A stretch of 64,000 bases of DNA from Amoebophrya sp. A120. Lineage: Eukaryota; Protista; Dinoflagellata. Made by a program: the position numbers and the translations under genes. This document shows, in pieces, positions 11,801 through 20,851 of the stretch. The first letter of the stretch is position 1; each line of letters starts with the position of its first letter. Location: NCBI GenBank assembly GCA_905178155.1, contig CAJINV010000001.1, positions 6,357,860 to 6,421,859 on the forward strand, written 5' to 3'. A model generated the notes under the pieces. It was not told the origin of the DNA and searched no databases. It worked only from the letters and a program-made list of their open reading frames with translations.

Positions 11801-13887
11801 CTTCTCAGGATCATGATGTCGCAGGTGTTCTTCAGAGGAGCTTAGGGTATTCGATTCCGACTAGCGAAGTGCATGACAGCTCCGCATCGGCAGTGCACAT
11901 GATCGACAGAAGTGATGATCTTCATGGCGAGCAGTCGACGTTGCCGCCAAAGCGTACATCAACTTTTCCAGCGGACAAGCAGCCGTTCTTACAGAGAAGC
12001 CCTGAGGGCGCCACGGCTGCACACACAAGGCCGGATTACGATTTTTTAGAACCGAGTCAACATGTTGCCATTCCCCCGGAATCTGACCATGCGCCGGCGA
12101 TGACTGCACGAGCTCAAGCCATTGCTGCAGCAAGAATGTACCCTCTGAATGGCGCAAATTCTCACAAACCAGACGAGATGAGCCTTGCGAGAAGAGAAGC
12201 TGCGGCCTACGTCATGCGAAAATCGCTGGAACTGCTGATCCCCGCTGTTTTGAGGCACAGAATGGAAATTGCCGCAGATGACGATCTTGACAGCGAGTCA
12301 GTAGCAGCGAGCAAGAAAATTGTATCTCACATGCAGCACCAGCAAGGTCTCTTAATAATTCTGCTGAAATACTGGGCGGAGCTCCGACCCGACCTATTCG
12401 AGCCTGTTCCGAATCAGATTGATGTTTATCGTGTACGCATTCCAATGGTTCGACTTGCCCAAACCAGTGGACAACAGGAGGGACAACCTTCTGGCCTCGA
12501 GCAAGACCTCGCGAGGCACATCTACCACCACAGGCCCTCCGCTGCCGGAAAACGTTTCCTGACGCTACTTGGAAGCTTGCGTCTTTTTATTCCTTACTTC
12601 AAAGATGACGCGGCAGGATGCGATTACGAAATAGCTGGTGATGGCGATGCTCAGAATTTTTCGACGAACGAGCTTCATGCGAAAATGCAGTGCCTGTCCG
12701 AAAATCTCGAGAGGTTCTTGGAGGCGGATCTCATCGAGAGTAACGAACGAGCCCTTCAGCAGGGGATTGAAAAAAATACTGATGAGCAACATCACGTAGA
12801 ACGGGAGCCCGCTAGTTTCGAATTGGAATCTGACCCCGGGCGCGACCGCAACTACAGTCCACATTCCGCACAGGAGCTTTCTTCCGTGTCCATGGCCGCA
12901 TTTAGCAAACAAGCGATGGCGAGGTTCAAGCGTCAAGTACAAGATACTTTTTTGAGCATGGATGTTGACGAATTAGCTTACGCAGTGTTGGGCGTACAAC
13001 ATGGTCAAGGCTTCGGCTCGCAGGAGTGGGCGACACCACCTCCTGCCGGTGATGACGTCAAACGAAGTGATGACTACTTGCCAGCTACGAAAACCGAATA
13101 CGATGTCGAGGGAGACCACGAACGGACACTGCCATTCGACGCAGGTACTGGCAGCAAAGCTGCAGGAGCAGAGCCTGACTCCAACAGCAATTGCAATAGT
13201 CTGGTCATCGACGGGCCCGGTGCCATGGACTGCTCTTCTGCAAATCCGGGCACATCACCTCCGTCGCTTTTCGATCTGCTGATGCCTGGCAATAGTCGAG
13301 GGACAACACCGCAGCACCTGCCATCCATCGCGGAAGAGCAAGACGAAGAGGCCGGTCTTTGTTCACCTCCGTCCTTAGCGGCTTTCTACAGCTCCACCAC
13401 ACCAACTACCAAGTTGGACACTTCGCTCGATTACTTAGTGTCGGTTCCGGTAGAGGTCCAGATAAACATTGTTCTCGAGCAGGAGCGCGTTGTGGTTGAC
13501 CGAAACATCATTTCCCGACGTAGCGAGGATCACAAAGCGGTAGCTGGCGCCTCTCCTGGTGTTCTCGAGCGACGTCAGTTCCACGTCGTGAAAACGACGT
13601 TTCCCTATTACACTGCGTTGGCCGAAATATCTGACTGGGCGTTATCCAGCAGTGACGAATCGATACAACAAGAAATTCACAGGCTCGACGAGGAATTGGA
13701 CGAGCACGTCGAAAGAAGCGAAACGAGTTCAAAAGTAGAATTCGTCTGGCTGAAGCGACGGTGCAGCAAGCCTCGGAAGCGGTGGGTCGCACTACCAGCG
13801 GACGTGCCGCGACCTGACCAGAATCTCGGGGATCTGACCACCGACCTCTCACAAACGCTCTACTTCGAGATGGACGTGTATGTGTAA
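5863..13887 (+). CDS. Giant intronless hypothetical protein (2674 aa), mostly low-complexity, with an N-proximal hydrophobic segment and coiled-coil patches
   Basis: 8 kb stop-free ORF; hydrophobic stretch GVLIFCAQLCLVLLGVSWATLVAAA; Q/E/R coiled coil near 10470-10610; no family recognised; true start codon uncertain. Confidence 0.85.
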   Translation: MSMRVIRMKASPEVTANPRPRRCWRELFTLSGTSLASSPTAAPEPSSISHKRRHKLRFWMFADAVTARKSKCAGRRLLRCAHRGVLIFCAQLCLVLLGVSWATLVAAASSVSASSSSVGGGAFSTEERSEQDHHIAKPSHDHQQDEGLQGTQIKMHMKSSRNKWWSSGSAAPSNKSKSTSSAEYGWCGRTERHAHGRAYGFDAERDPSRKDSAQNKHCAGRGGASGGPRWSRGGRRGGGKPKSGTTSEQHYCRAAESWQEHEQTYEDSPQGEGCFVPYVTNMFFDFGQCCVAPPLQFGPVCGLQWLPSAEVAFLGAAAAAGTSEGGTGPCYQGKMVGDDIMCGSHSQQAQAQGRDGDACHVEGHPVEQKQPRQTPLLTPMAMQGEATYHCPYYNFPVPWGNPSALAQIEAYSSTYHGSAPAAASAYSVGNGDQNLFPSCANNVQPLSFDAAPTTNNSEPEESLEGPIFSAVANMPIFRVGEADHDQKARDHRSARADSSTSKTANLLSRSTGRAPPLADLNLLEHCSDPGVQLDFIHADGDSLMLDDNYDEHDRINRGELESSVVRLPFWWGRRVQDVTAVEQADSAPAEGSFVASESTTNGNCGKQEELPLLGQRLCFASQKMTRENWLLFALYLDLDDVAPEKQKRDADFSGAGEQAGGSLSPDVPPQGTGILSVFDPGTQHLAPLTLDLRTPDQVLCFDQVRRAPCPPAERAVPNSSESGGSNQPSPAVAGSANPKIAEVAATAPLRSASTSTSSGSAGVASNTWEQDAAQATGAHSDNPPGVDVVPSPVQTEDTSKKPSRAHKILASSEVASNPDDDFEPPSASEKIDTMQAFYKMTTTDEVEDLVIASTGCPSASLDGVENSGCASGSCGSDGAAPEDGVEQDAAVPDGADQTGARAPVDEHHSPFLRSANEGHRTSAEIVHQHHRGDEVNATDPDPRSDPNSDGRTFGNYHPDSPTDVLTSSGAAWEPRIVGAVRVDTTGMLVEASTVVAPDLGAHWNGTECHQSDAALAVVHVSARPEQQHETSRKCAAEQEELQLPLLQTNANKMRDPRREVRSGNFFQKKPRAVTTVDAKAAAFNPWKGGVAPPAFRGSSSRQVVDDLQSDTRKPFAPEHLQNTPSTNYSLHPSTFSSAAASTVDSSELSPIEAVGSSLADLHLDNFALPEAALTRQECSGPDGEKNADNGVSEGPNFESAAEPLKPESQLSLTTKGCEDRYGVDGRRRVDEGVAGGEELPVGCESLTNTETSSSGRASSHNHSEVAGLQQVRPLKSALRGKSGRQVEVPSRADGHDVDDPAKFNSRLNKMKKALLMSIIRPCLQRFRGLNRIRRCCVRRRRQFETIAQALFDETRGITRPGDARIVSHPSRSSQQSGLPSVASSKQKKSAGGTAAPVHPRRSKSSSAVSEHIKFTTACTGATTSAGRVRFARRTPEEAVVARTVRNFKKQHNIISSAFYRREGKNKSRARREEQRGDCFDSDFSTSNSEAAGSDEGDADGAPDAEAFSNASIGRSSRGQDRDFESPLLALELSRIANEHQKQTELDQQRRARRRQQQLELERREEAIREQRRALEQEQKDEEGGNKAKVNNSSAWASSTVPSRTRRPIVASTTPCPQQQVKLTGRRAWLARFLRPSATPSTAESDVPRPGERSARSQDESQELKSKGLLVARQSPTSPGATRQNDPGSGPPSPASAPTKSGGTKSSGSPALAKKQATTSPGSCSMSSKGKPKANAAGGKTADQDRRDRKLAHQAWEESRGLTPLQQEDVQERHAAWVERTAKKHETKREQGLFETQIETLKAQDRHKNGLRELAEHVREACETTSKRGREDQRANLEKEDKSSDEVGDKFMSIEKERSSAAARAAATKNEGKKDQASPSGPDAAATTAPKKQASAKPKAKARRWLPLECVMKAEAEAAAEPHLLVAEQDVFPPDEPNQQLPARKARLHPRSSHNSPSCSWWSSRAATHSAVQPSDENADASQDHDVAGVLQRSLGYSIPTSEVHDSSASAVHMIDRSDDLHGEQSTLPPKRTSTFPADKQPFLQRSPEGATAAHTRPDYDFLEPSQHVAIPPESDHAPAMTARAQAIAAARMYPLNGANSHKPDEMSLARREAAAYVMRKSLELLIPAVLRHRMEIAADDDLDSESVAASKKIVSHMQHQQGLLIILLKYWAELRPDLFEPVPNQIDVYRVRIPMVRLAQTSGQQEGQPSGLEQDLARHIYHHRPSAAGKRFLTLLGSLRLFIPYFKDDAAGCDYEIAGDGDAQNFSTNELHAKMQCLSENLERFLEADLIESNERALQQGIEKNTDEQHHVEREPASFELESDPGRDRNYSPHSAQELSSVSMAAFSKQAMARFKRQVQDTFLSMDVDELAYAVLGVQHGQGFGSQEWATPPPAGDDVKRSDDYLPATKTEYDVEGDHERTLPFDAGTGSKAAGAEPDSNSNCNSLVIDGPGAMDCSSANPGTSPPSLFDLLMPGNSRGTTPQHLPSIAEEQDEEAGLCSPPSLAAFYSSTTPTTKLDTSLDYLVSVPVEVQINIVLEQERVVVDRNIISRRSEDHKAVAGASPGVLERRQFHVVKTTFPYYTALAEISDWALSSSDESIQQEIHRLDEELDEHVERSETSSKVEFVWLKRRCSKPRKRWVALPADVPRPDQNLGDLTTDLSQTLYFEMDVYV

Positions 13888-15172
13888 TGATAGTTGTGAA
13901 GTTCATGATGAAAAGAAGTGGAACGACGTACATAAGTAAGTTTTTTCGAACCTTAGATAGGTTCGTTCGCAGCTGTGTGCTTGCCTCTACCAACATGAGC
14001 ATTTTTTTTTTGTCCACGTCGACCTGCCGTGCGTGTACCAAAATTACCCGGATCTTTTTTCCTTGTCAATCAATCTTTGACCATTGGCATTGCAGGTAGT
14101 TAGTGGTTGTGGTCGAAGTCGAGACATTTCAAAACATGAAAACATTTTATCAGTTTTATCTCGGCACGGCAACATCCCTGCAGAAATATAGTTTCTTCGA
14201 AAATCATATCTTGGCACCCCTATAATTGCATACAGAAGAAGATAGGTTACAGCATAAATCTGCACGCCCGGCATAACCTCAATCGCATACCACGGAGATA
14301 GACCAGTGACTAAGGAAATATTCGTCCCGCTCCCATCTGGAGTATCAGTGTCATGCATACCGTACTGGTTTGCACTTCGCCGGAAGAAGTCCCATAGAAG
14401 CTCGATACTCTCCAAAGAAAAGCATGCAACGATCGATCAATTAATCATAGCGACGAGCAACAACCATATAATTTGTGATGTTGGGCGCTTGGTTTTGCTT
14501 TTGGCTTTCAACGTCTCTCAGGGTCGAGCAGTTTGCCCACAACTTTGCAGCTACAGCACAAACAACAAACGAGACGACCATTGCCGTAAAACAGTCATGG
14601 AGTGGTCGTTCTCGTTTTGCGTCACACCAAGAACGACCCCGTCGTTAATCCCCGAGGTTGTGCTTGATTCCACCGCAGCCGAGTATCTACACAACTTCAA
14701 CTTGCCTGTGGATCTCTCATGCATGTAGCTTTTTATTTTGTGTGCTCGTCGTGCTGGTCCTCCTCGTGCTCGCGTTTCGCAGTGCCTCCATCACGATGAT
14801 GAATTTGTGACTTTGTTCGTTGAGGGTGAGCGATAGGAATTGCGGTGCGCTTGTAGAACCTGGTGGCACGACGTGGAGTTGGAGAGTTGAAGCTGCACGA
14901 GCTGAGAAGACGTGATAAAAGCAGGATAGGAGCGAGCACATGTTGTTGAGTGAACATCGTGCATTTGTCTGAATTCGAGCAATCTTCTATCCTCTTGGCG
15001 CGCAAATTTGGATTGACAGCGGTTCTCCACGCTTATGTCGCCCCAGAGTTGCTCATGCTCACAACTCGAGCTCATGGTCGTGGCTGCATGGAAATATCAA
15101 TGTCGTCGCGGGGCGGTCGCACACACGACACACAGGAACGGCGCACGTGAAAAATCGTTCGTTTTTGCGCCC

Positions 15173-18100
15173 ATGAGAAAGAGAAACTTTATCTTGAGGA
15201 CTTCTCTGCTAGCTGAAACTATTCGCCGTGTACACTTGCTGTACTAGTAGCTTTACCTTGTTCTTGTCGGCCCATAGGTATTTTTCTCGAATTCGCCTTG
15301 TTTTCTTTATCTTTTGCTTTTTTATTGTTTCTTCATCTTCTATCTTGCATTCAGCCTGCTAGCTGCTATTTCTGCTCGTGCACACGTTTTCACGTAGTTT
15401 TCCCCATGTAAGTACCTACTGAGCATTTTTGAGATACAAACTAGGACGAAAATGCCGAGAGGTGAAGATCACTATCAGTCTCCGCCCGTTCCAGGCTATC
15501 ATGCGCAGGTCGTCGATGAGGAGGCCTCGTGGGGCCGCGAGGACGTTCACTTTGAAAAGGCACAGCGGCAGTCGCGGGACATGGGGAAGCTGCGGCACTT
15601 TCTGAAGGAACGGACGGAGCAGGTGCGGCAGCTGCAGGACCACGCCAAAGGGGACGAAAAGGAGTTTTATCGGAGTGCGATGGCGGCTGCCCATGTCTAC
15701 ATTACCGATCAAGAAATCGACACCGCCAAACGACAGCTCGATCAAGTGCTGGCGAGTATGGAATCGTCCAGCGGTGCAGCTTCTAGTAACCGCAACGCGG
15801 CGGAACCCAGCCCTGGTCACCTAAGTGGGCAAGGGTCTGCTCAAGCCCGCGGCTCTGCTGCCTCAGCAGGGTCGGAAGGCGTGCATCGAACGACACTGCA
15901 TAACAACTTGCGGCGTGGAGCGAAAGAGCCTGAAGGGGAAGGAGCGCCGTCGGCGTCCTCGTCGCGAGTGTCACATGGAACAAGTGACCTTTCTTCAAGT
16001 GCAGCCGTAAGAGGAGCATCAGCCGCGGTATCACCACCAGGGCAACAAGAACTACGATCTTCAGACACCGCCGAAGCCGACTTGCAATCTGCGCGAGCGT
16101 TTGCACCACCGAACCCAGCAAATAGTGCAGCACGGGCTGGGATGATGAACTATGGAAATCGAAATGCGCAGAGACTGCTGTTTCAAGACGGAGGGTCATC
16201 GTCGTCTTCTTCATCAAACTCCCAGCGGAATCTGGCGCAAAAGCAGTATGGCGACCTGGCCTCGTGGCAGCAGTACACAAACGAAGCGCTGCTCCAGCGT
16301 CACAATAGTGCGGAAGATCATGTGCTGGGCGACGCGCTGCCAAGAAAACAAGCGAAGCCGATGACAGTCAATCGGCAGCTGACTTCTCATGAAGCGGCAC
16401 CAGAACAGCACACAAGTGGAGCCAGAGCATCGTCTTCGACGAATCCATCAGGTGCAATAGCCGGAGGAGCCGGTGTCGATAGCGCTGCGGCGCCCCCGCC
16501 CAGCAATTTTGACAACCACTACACCGCCTTGCACCGCTCCGACAATTCTGAAACTCTCGACTGGGAGCAAATCTCCGGAAATGCCCACGAGGCGGCCTAC
16601 GGGTCTCTGAAAGCCACGACTGCAGGAGTGCCTTCATCCACACATCAGAGTGACCACCTCCACCGAGTGTTGCAGCCCGTGTTGCAGCAGGCGGTCCCCG
16701 CCACCCAGAACGACCCCAACGGCCCCACGTCTACCACAACCACGACAACCACGCGCGAGACCACGACGACGACGACCATCCCCGTTTTCGATTTGTCGAC
16801 GCCGGAGCCCACCACCCCCCAGCCCCTCCACTTTTCCAACATAATTTACCCGAACCGCTTCGAGTGCCGCTCCGTGTCCTGCTCGCTGTACGACCGCTAC
16901 GTGGTGTACGACAACAAGACGGAGCCGGACAAAACGAAGCACTGCCGCGACATCCTGACCGACGAGCTGCGCCGGTTCTGGCTGGAGATGTCGCCGGACG
17001 AGGTCTACCGCGCCTTTCCCAGCACGCCCAGCGTGGCCAAGGTGAAGGTCGCGGTCTGCAGCATGTACGAAAACATCTTCAACCGCATCCGCCCCTTCGG
17101 GGACAACCGGGTCTACAAAAACTGCGAGCAGTGGACCTACTTCAATTCCACCCTGTGCATGGAGGAGTACCGGGACGTGCGCTCCTTTACGGAGTGCTTC
17201 TGGAAGGGCAAGGTCTTCTGGCCCGAAAGCGAGAGCATCCAGTCCTACATCGACTTGCGAGGCAGTCCGCAGGGAAGAAACGTCTTTGATTGGTATCGAA
17301 ATCTTAAAAGAATGCGCGGTGTGGTGATGAATTGTTTGTCGTAAGTAGAACCCCTCCCTTTGCTTTAGTTCCGTCTCGTCTGAAAACACTCGTATGCATG
17401 TGAACTTCATCGGATTAGGTGAATTTGTTGCGGCGTTTATCTATCGTTCTTCTACTTCTATACAACCTTCACAGGTTGACAGTGTGGAAGCGGCACATGT
17501 TGAGCACGGACATGAAGCGGGCCGTCCGCTTTGACTCCCTGCAAACGTTCCGGGTGCTCTGCAACTGGATGTACGAGCTGGGAGACCCGATCCGCAAGGG
17601 ATTCTGGATCAACAGCGCCGACGCGCTGTACGTGCCCCCGGACGCCTGCTATGACGATGGGGAATTCCCGACGAATATCGACCAGTGCCAGATCCTGCTT
17701 GCCAGCAATCCCTACGACGTCTGCCCCTGGCGAGAGGCCACGGACGGCCAGGACAAGGTGAAGTGCTTCGATGACAGCGTTGGCTACATCGACACGGATG
17801 GGCACGGATTCTGCTTCGGCAGAAGATACGGCAAAATGAAGTGCGAGGCACGGGTATAATGGGAGACATTCGTCCTCGTTCATCTCTTCTACTTCTAGAA
17901 AGATCTCTGCATGAAGCTCTACCTTGTCATCTCTCACTTGCTTCTAGTACTTTTTTTCCGCAAATTTGAAGTTCAGAGCAGTAGAAGACAGACACTCCCA
18001 AAATAAAAGTAGTTACGCCTCGTCCTCTGTGCTGTCTGTCCATTGTCTGGTGTGCAAACTTTGTCTTGAAACTCTCAGGCGCCCGTTATGTGCCGCAAGG

Positions 18101-19565
18101 CTTACGACTGCGACGGGCAGACTGACCACTGCTGCGTGTCGCAGATGGAGCAATGTGATCCGGACCGGCTTCCGCGACTCTGTTGCCCGAGCATCGACGA
18201 CCTTCTGCAGGAGCACATCGGCGAGATTCCGCTGCGCCGGCGTCCAAGCTATTACGAGGAGCGCATCGCGGGGCAATTGACCACCATGCCGGGCAGTGCC
18301 GACACCACGAGGGTTACCACCACCACACCCGCGACCGCCATCGACGCCATGCAGCACCTGCCCAACATGGTTCTGGTCGGCAGCATCTTGGCGATTCTCG
18401 GGATGGCCATGCTGGTCCGGGTCGGGTGGCGGAATAACTGGGGCACTTATTTGAAAGTGAACTTCGCATTGTCGGACAAAGTGGCGAACCGCATTCACGT
18501 GATGAAGAACAACGAGAAAACCATCCACGCCAGCGGGCAACTCGGCCGCCACTACGAGCAGTACGACAAAATTGACGAGGGCGAGGCGAGGAAGCACAAG
18601 CCCATGACCTACCGCGCCGGGGGCGGTTCCACGGCGCGTGGCGGGGCGACGAGCGCCAAGGGCGGCGGCGGCGGGGCGGGCGCAGCCGCCGGAAGCATGT
18701 TTGATGCCTTCAACGCACAGACGGACCTCGACCGGGAACGCATCGCCGAGGTAGAAAGCCGCCTCCGCGTGGAGGAAGACGCGGACGCGCTCGCGGAAGC
18801 CGTGCAGGAAGCGAAAAAACTGAAGGCAGACCTGCAGGTCATTCGCCTGGGAGAGGACCGCTTGACCAAAATGCAAATGACCGAGGTATTACTACAACCT
18901 AAGCTTCTATCTAAATGATCACGTTCACGGATTTTATTGTAAGTCTGAGTGCAGAATTAGAATTGCCGATCAACACGGCTGAGAGGTCCACGTACAAAAA
19001 ATTACTGGACGTCGTCACGACGTCCCTTCCTCACACTACTTGATACCATGCATTACAGCTTTTAAACGAGCTGGAGGAGGCGGAGAGAGCGGTGAAGCTG
19101 GATTATCCGAGCGAGCGGCGGCTGCAGATCGCGGAGAACCTGTACCGGCAGACCATTATGCGCACGGACCTGTCCATCGCGATCCAGGACCGCGCGGCCA
19201 AACTCCGGCAGGAACTGCTGACCAACATCAACCTGCCCGCGGACCGCATCATGTTGGACGAAAAGGCGGGGATGATGCGCGTGCTGGCGCCCGGCACGCA
19301 CCGCCTGCCCCACGAGCGTGCGGAGGTGTACGCCAGCGCGGTCGGAGAGCCGGCAGAGGTGCTGATGAACCTCCAGGGCACCAGTGGGCCGTGTTGTGCG
19401 TTCTTCGTGCAGAAGGGCGAGTGTCCGTTCGGGAAAGACTGCGCATTTCGTCACGTCATGCCCGGACCAAGAGACACCATCCGCGAGCCCTGTGACACGC
19501 GAGCGGTGAAAGAATCGCAAAAGTCGCTCATCCGGCAGGGGAGATTCGGGAAGGGAACTACATGA
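15173..19565 (+). CDS. Membrane protein: low-complexity N-terminus, Thr-rich linker, Cys-rich region, single TM helix, coiled coil and C-terminal CCCH zinc finger; exons 15173(or 15035)-15240, 15445-17340, 17475-17853, 18079-18885, 19059-19565
   Basis: GT-AG introns 15241-15444, 17341-17474, 17854-18078 and 18886-19058 join the ORFs in frame. TM: MVLVGSILAILGMAMLVRVGW. CCCH: CAFFVQKGECPFGKDCAFRH (C-x8-C-x5-C-x3-H). The first exon is less certain. Confidence 0.82.
19007..19025. repeat. Perfect palindrome GGACGTCGT-C-ACGACGTCC inside an intron
   Basis: 9-bp arms with a 1-nt spacer, 33 nt upstream of the acceptor at 19058. Confidence 0.85.
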
Positions 19566-20851
19566 TTATAGCGGAAAGGAAGGTGCTGCGAGTAGTACAG
19601 CACCGGCGAAGCAATTGCTTTCACCTTATTTTCAAAATCGCTCAAGCTTTGAAAACGAAAACAAACTTCAGCTGCAGTTTTTCGCAGCTTTGTAGTTTAC
19701 CTGTTCGCCGTATTGATGTTCTTTTTTCGTACAACACGGATTTTCCATGCAGCATTAGATGTTGATGAACAGACTTCTACTTGGACGTAAACGAAAGACC
19801 GCTTCGCTGTTGCCCCCAGTAGCGGCCGCTTCTCGTCACCATGCTTTATCTATGTTCAGCTTCGCCAACTTGGCCCTGTTAGAGGTGGTCTTTTATTGCC
19901 AGCACGCCGAGTGGTTTAAACAAGATTCAAACTACTACGCGCGGAACGAGACCGATGAATGAGCGACAGTTACAACATGATGTTCGTTTCCAATTTAGAA
20001 TCAAAACGGAAGCTGCAAACGATGAAAAATGAAGATGAGCTCTTACTTTGGAAGAAGTTCCCGCTGGCGCCATCAGCATCAAGCCGTCGTGCTGTTCAAT
20101 GACAGTTATACTAAGTTTACAATGTTCGTCCTGCAGCTGCAGAATTCTCTCTGTCATATCTTCGGTCAATATTGCTGTCTGAAATAGAAATTACTATCGG
20201 AAAGGAGCCGCTGCTGGTGTATCCTTACATTGTATGAATTTTCTTTCAGTTGTCGTTCGTCGGTCTTTCTGTTTGCGTACTGGTGCTGCTGGTTTCGGTT
20301 TTTGCACTGTATGTCAATTCGTTCACCGGAAGCCGAAGCGGTGACTATCTTTAATTTTCCTAGGTCGTCGTGTAGTCGGTGGCGTTGCTTGAACGCTAGA
20401 TGATCGTAGTCGTGCACCATCATGTTCGTTAGACTTAGACCGTTCACTCTATGTCCACAGCCGTAGTCTCGTACACAAGATTAATTTCATTCGGCTGGTA
20501 GTTGTTGCTTCTCCACAGGACGACGACTTGAACGTTTAGAAAAACTCACTGCAGGCTCCACAAGAAACCCACCCTGGTTTCTTCGTCGTGACTTCCCGTT
20601 CCGTTTCTGTTGGTCTGTAAAGAACGCATGAAGAAAGAAACTTAGAATGAGCTCCTATTACTAATCTATTTTACATCATTTTTTATTTTTCCTCATTGCG
20701 GGAACAGCAACACCCCGCTTGCGCCATAGATGTGATTCTGATTGTCCCAGCTTTTGCTTTTTTTGTGTATCTTTTAAGTACTTCTACTTCTTCATCACTT
20801 TGAACTTGTTATCAGCAGTATATGCGGTAGAACATCGACTCTTCTAGAGTG

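Noticed and set aside
14044-14415. Intergenic minus-strand ORF of 123 aa (also 5546-5782 and 50477-50680)
   Set aside because: No domain recognised, non-ATG starts in the track and no supporting exon chain; they may be decayed sequence but cannot be supported as genes.
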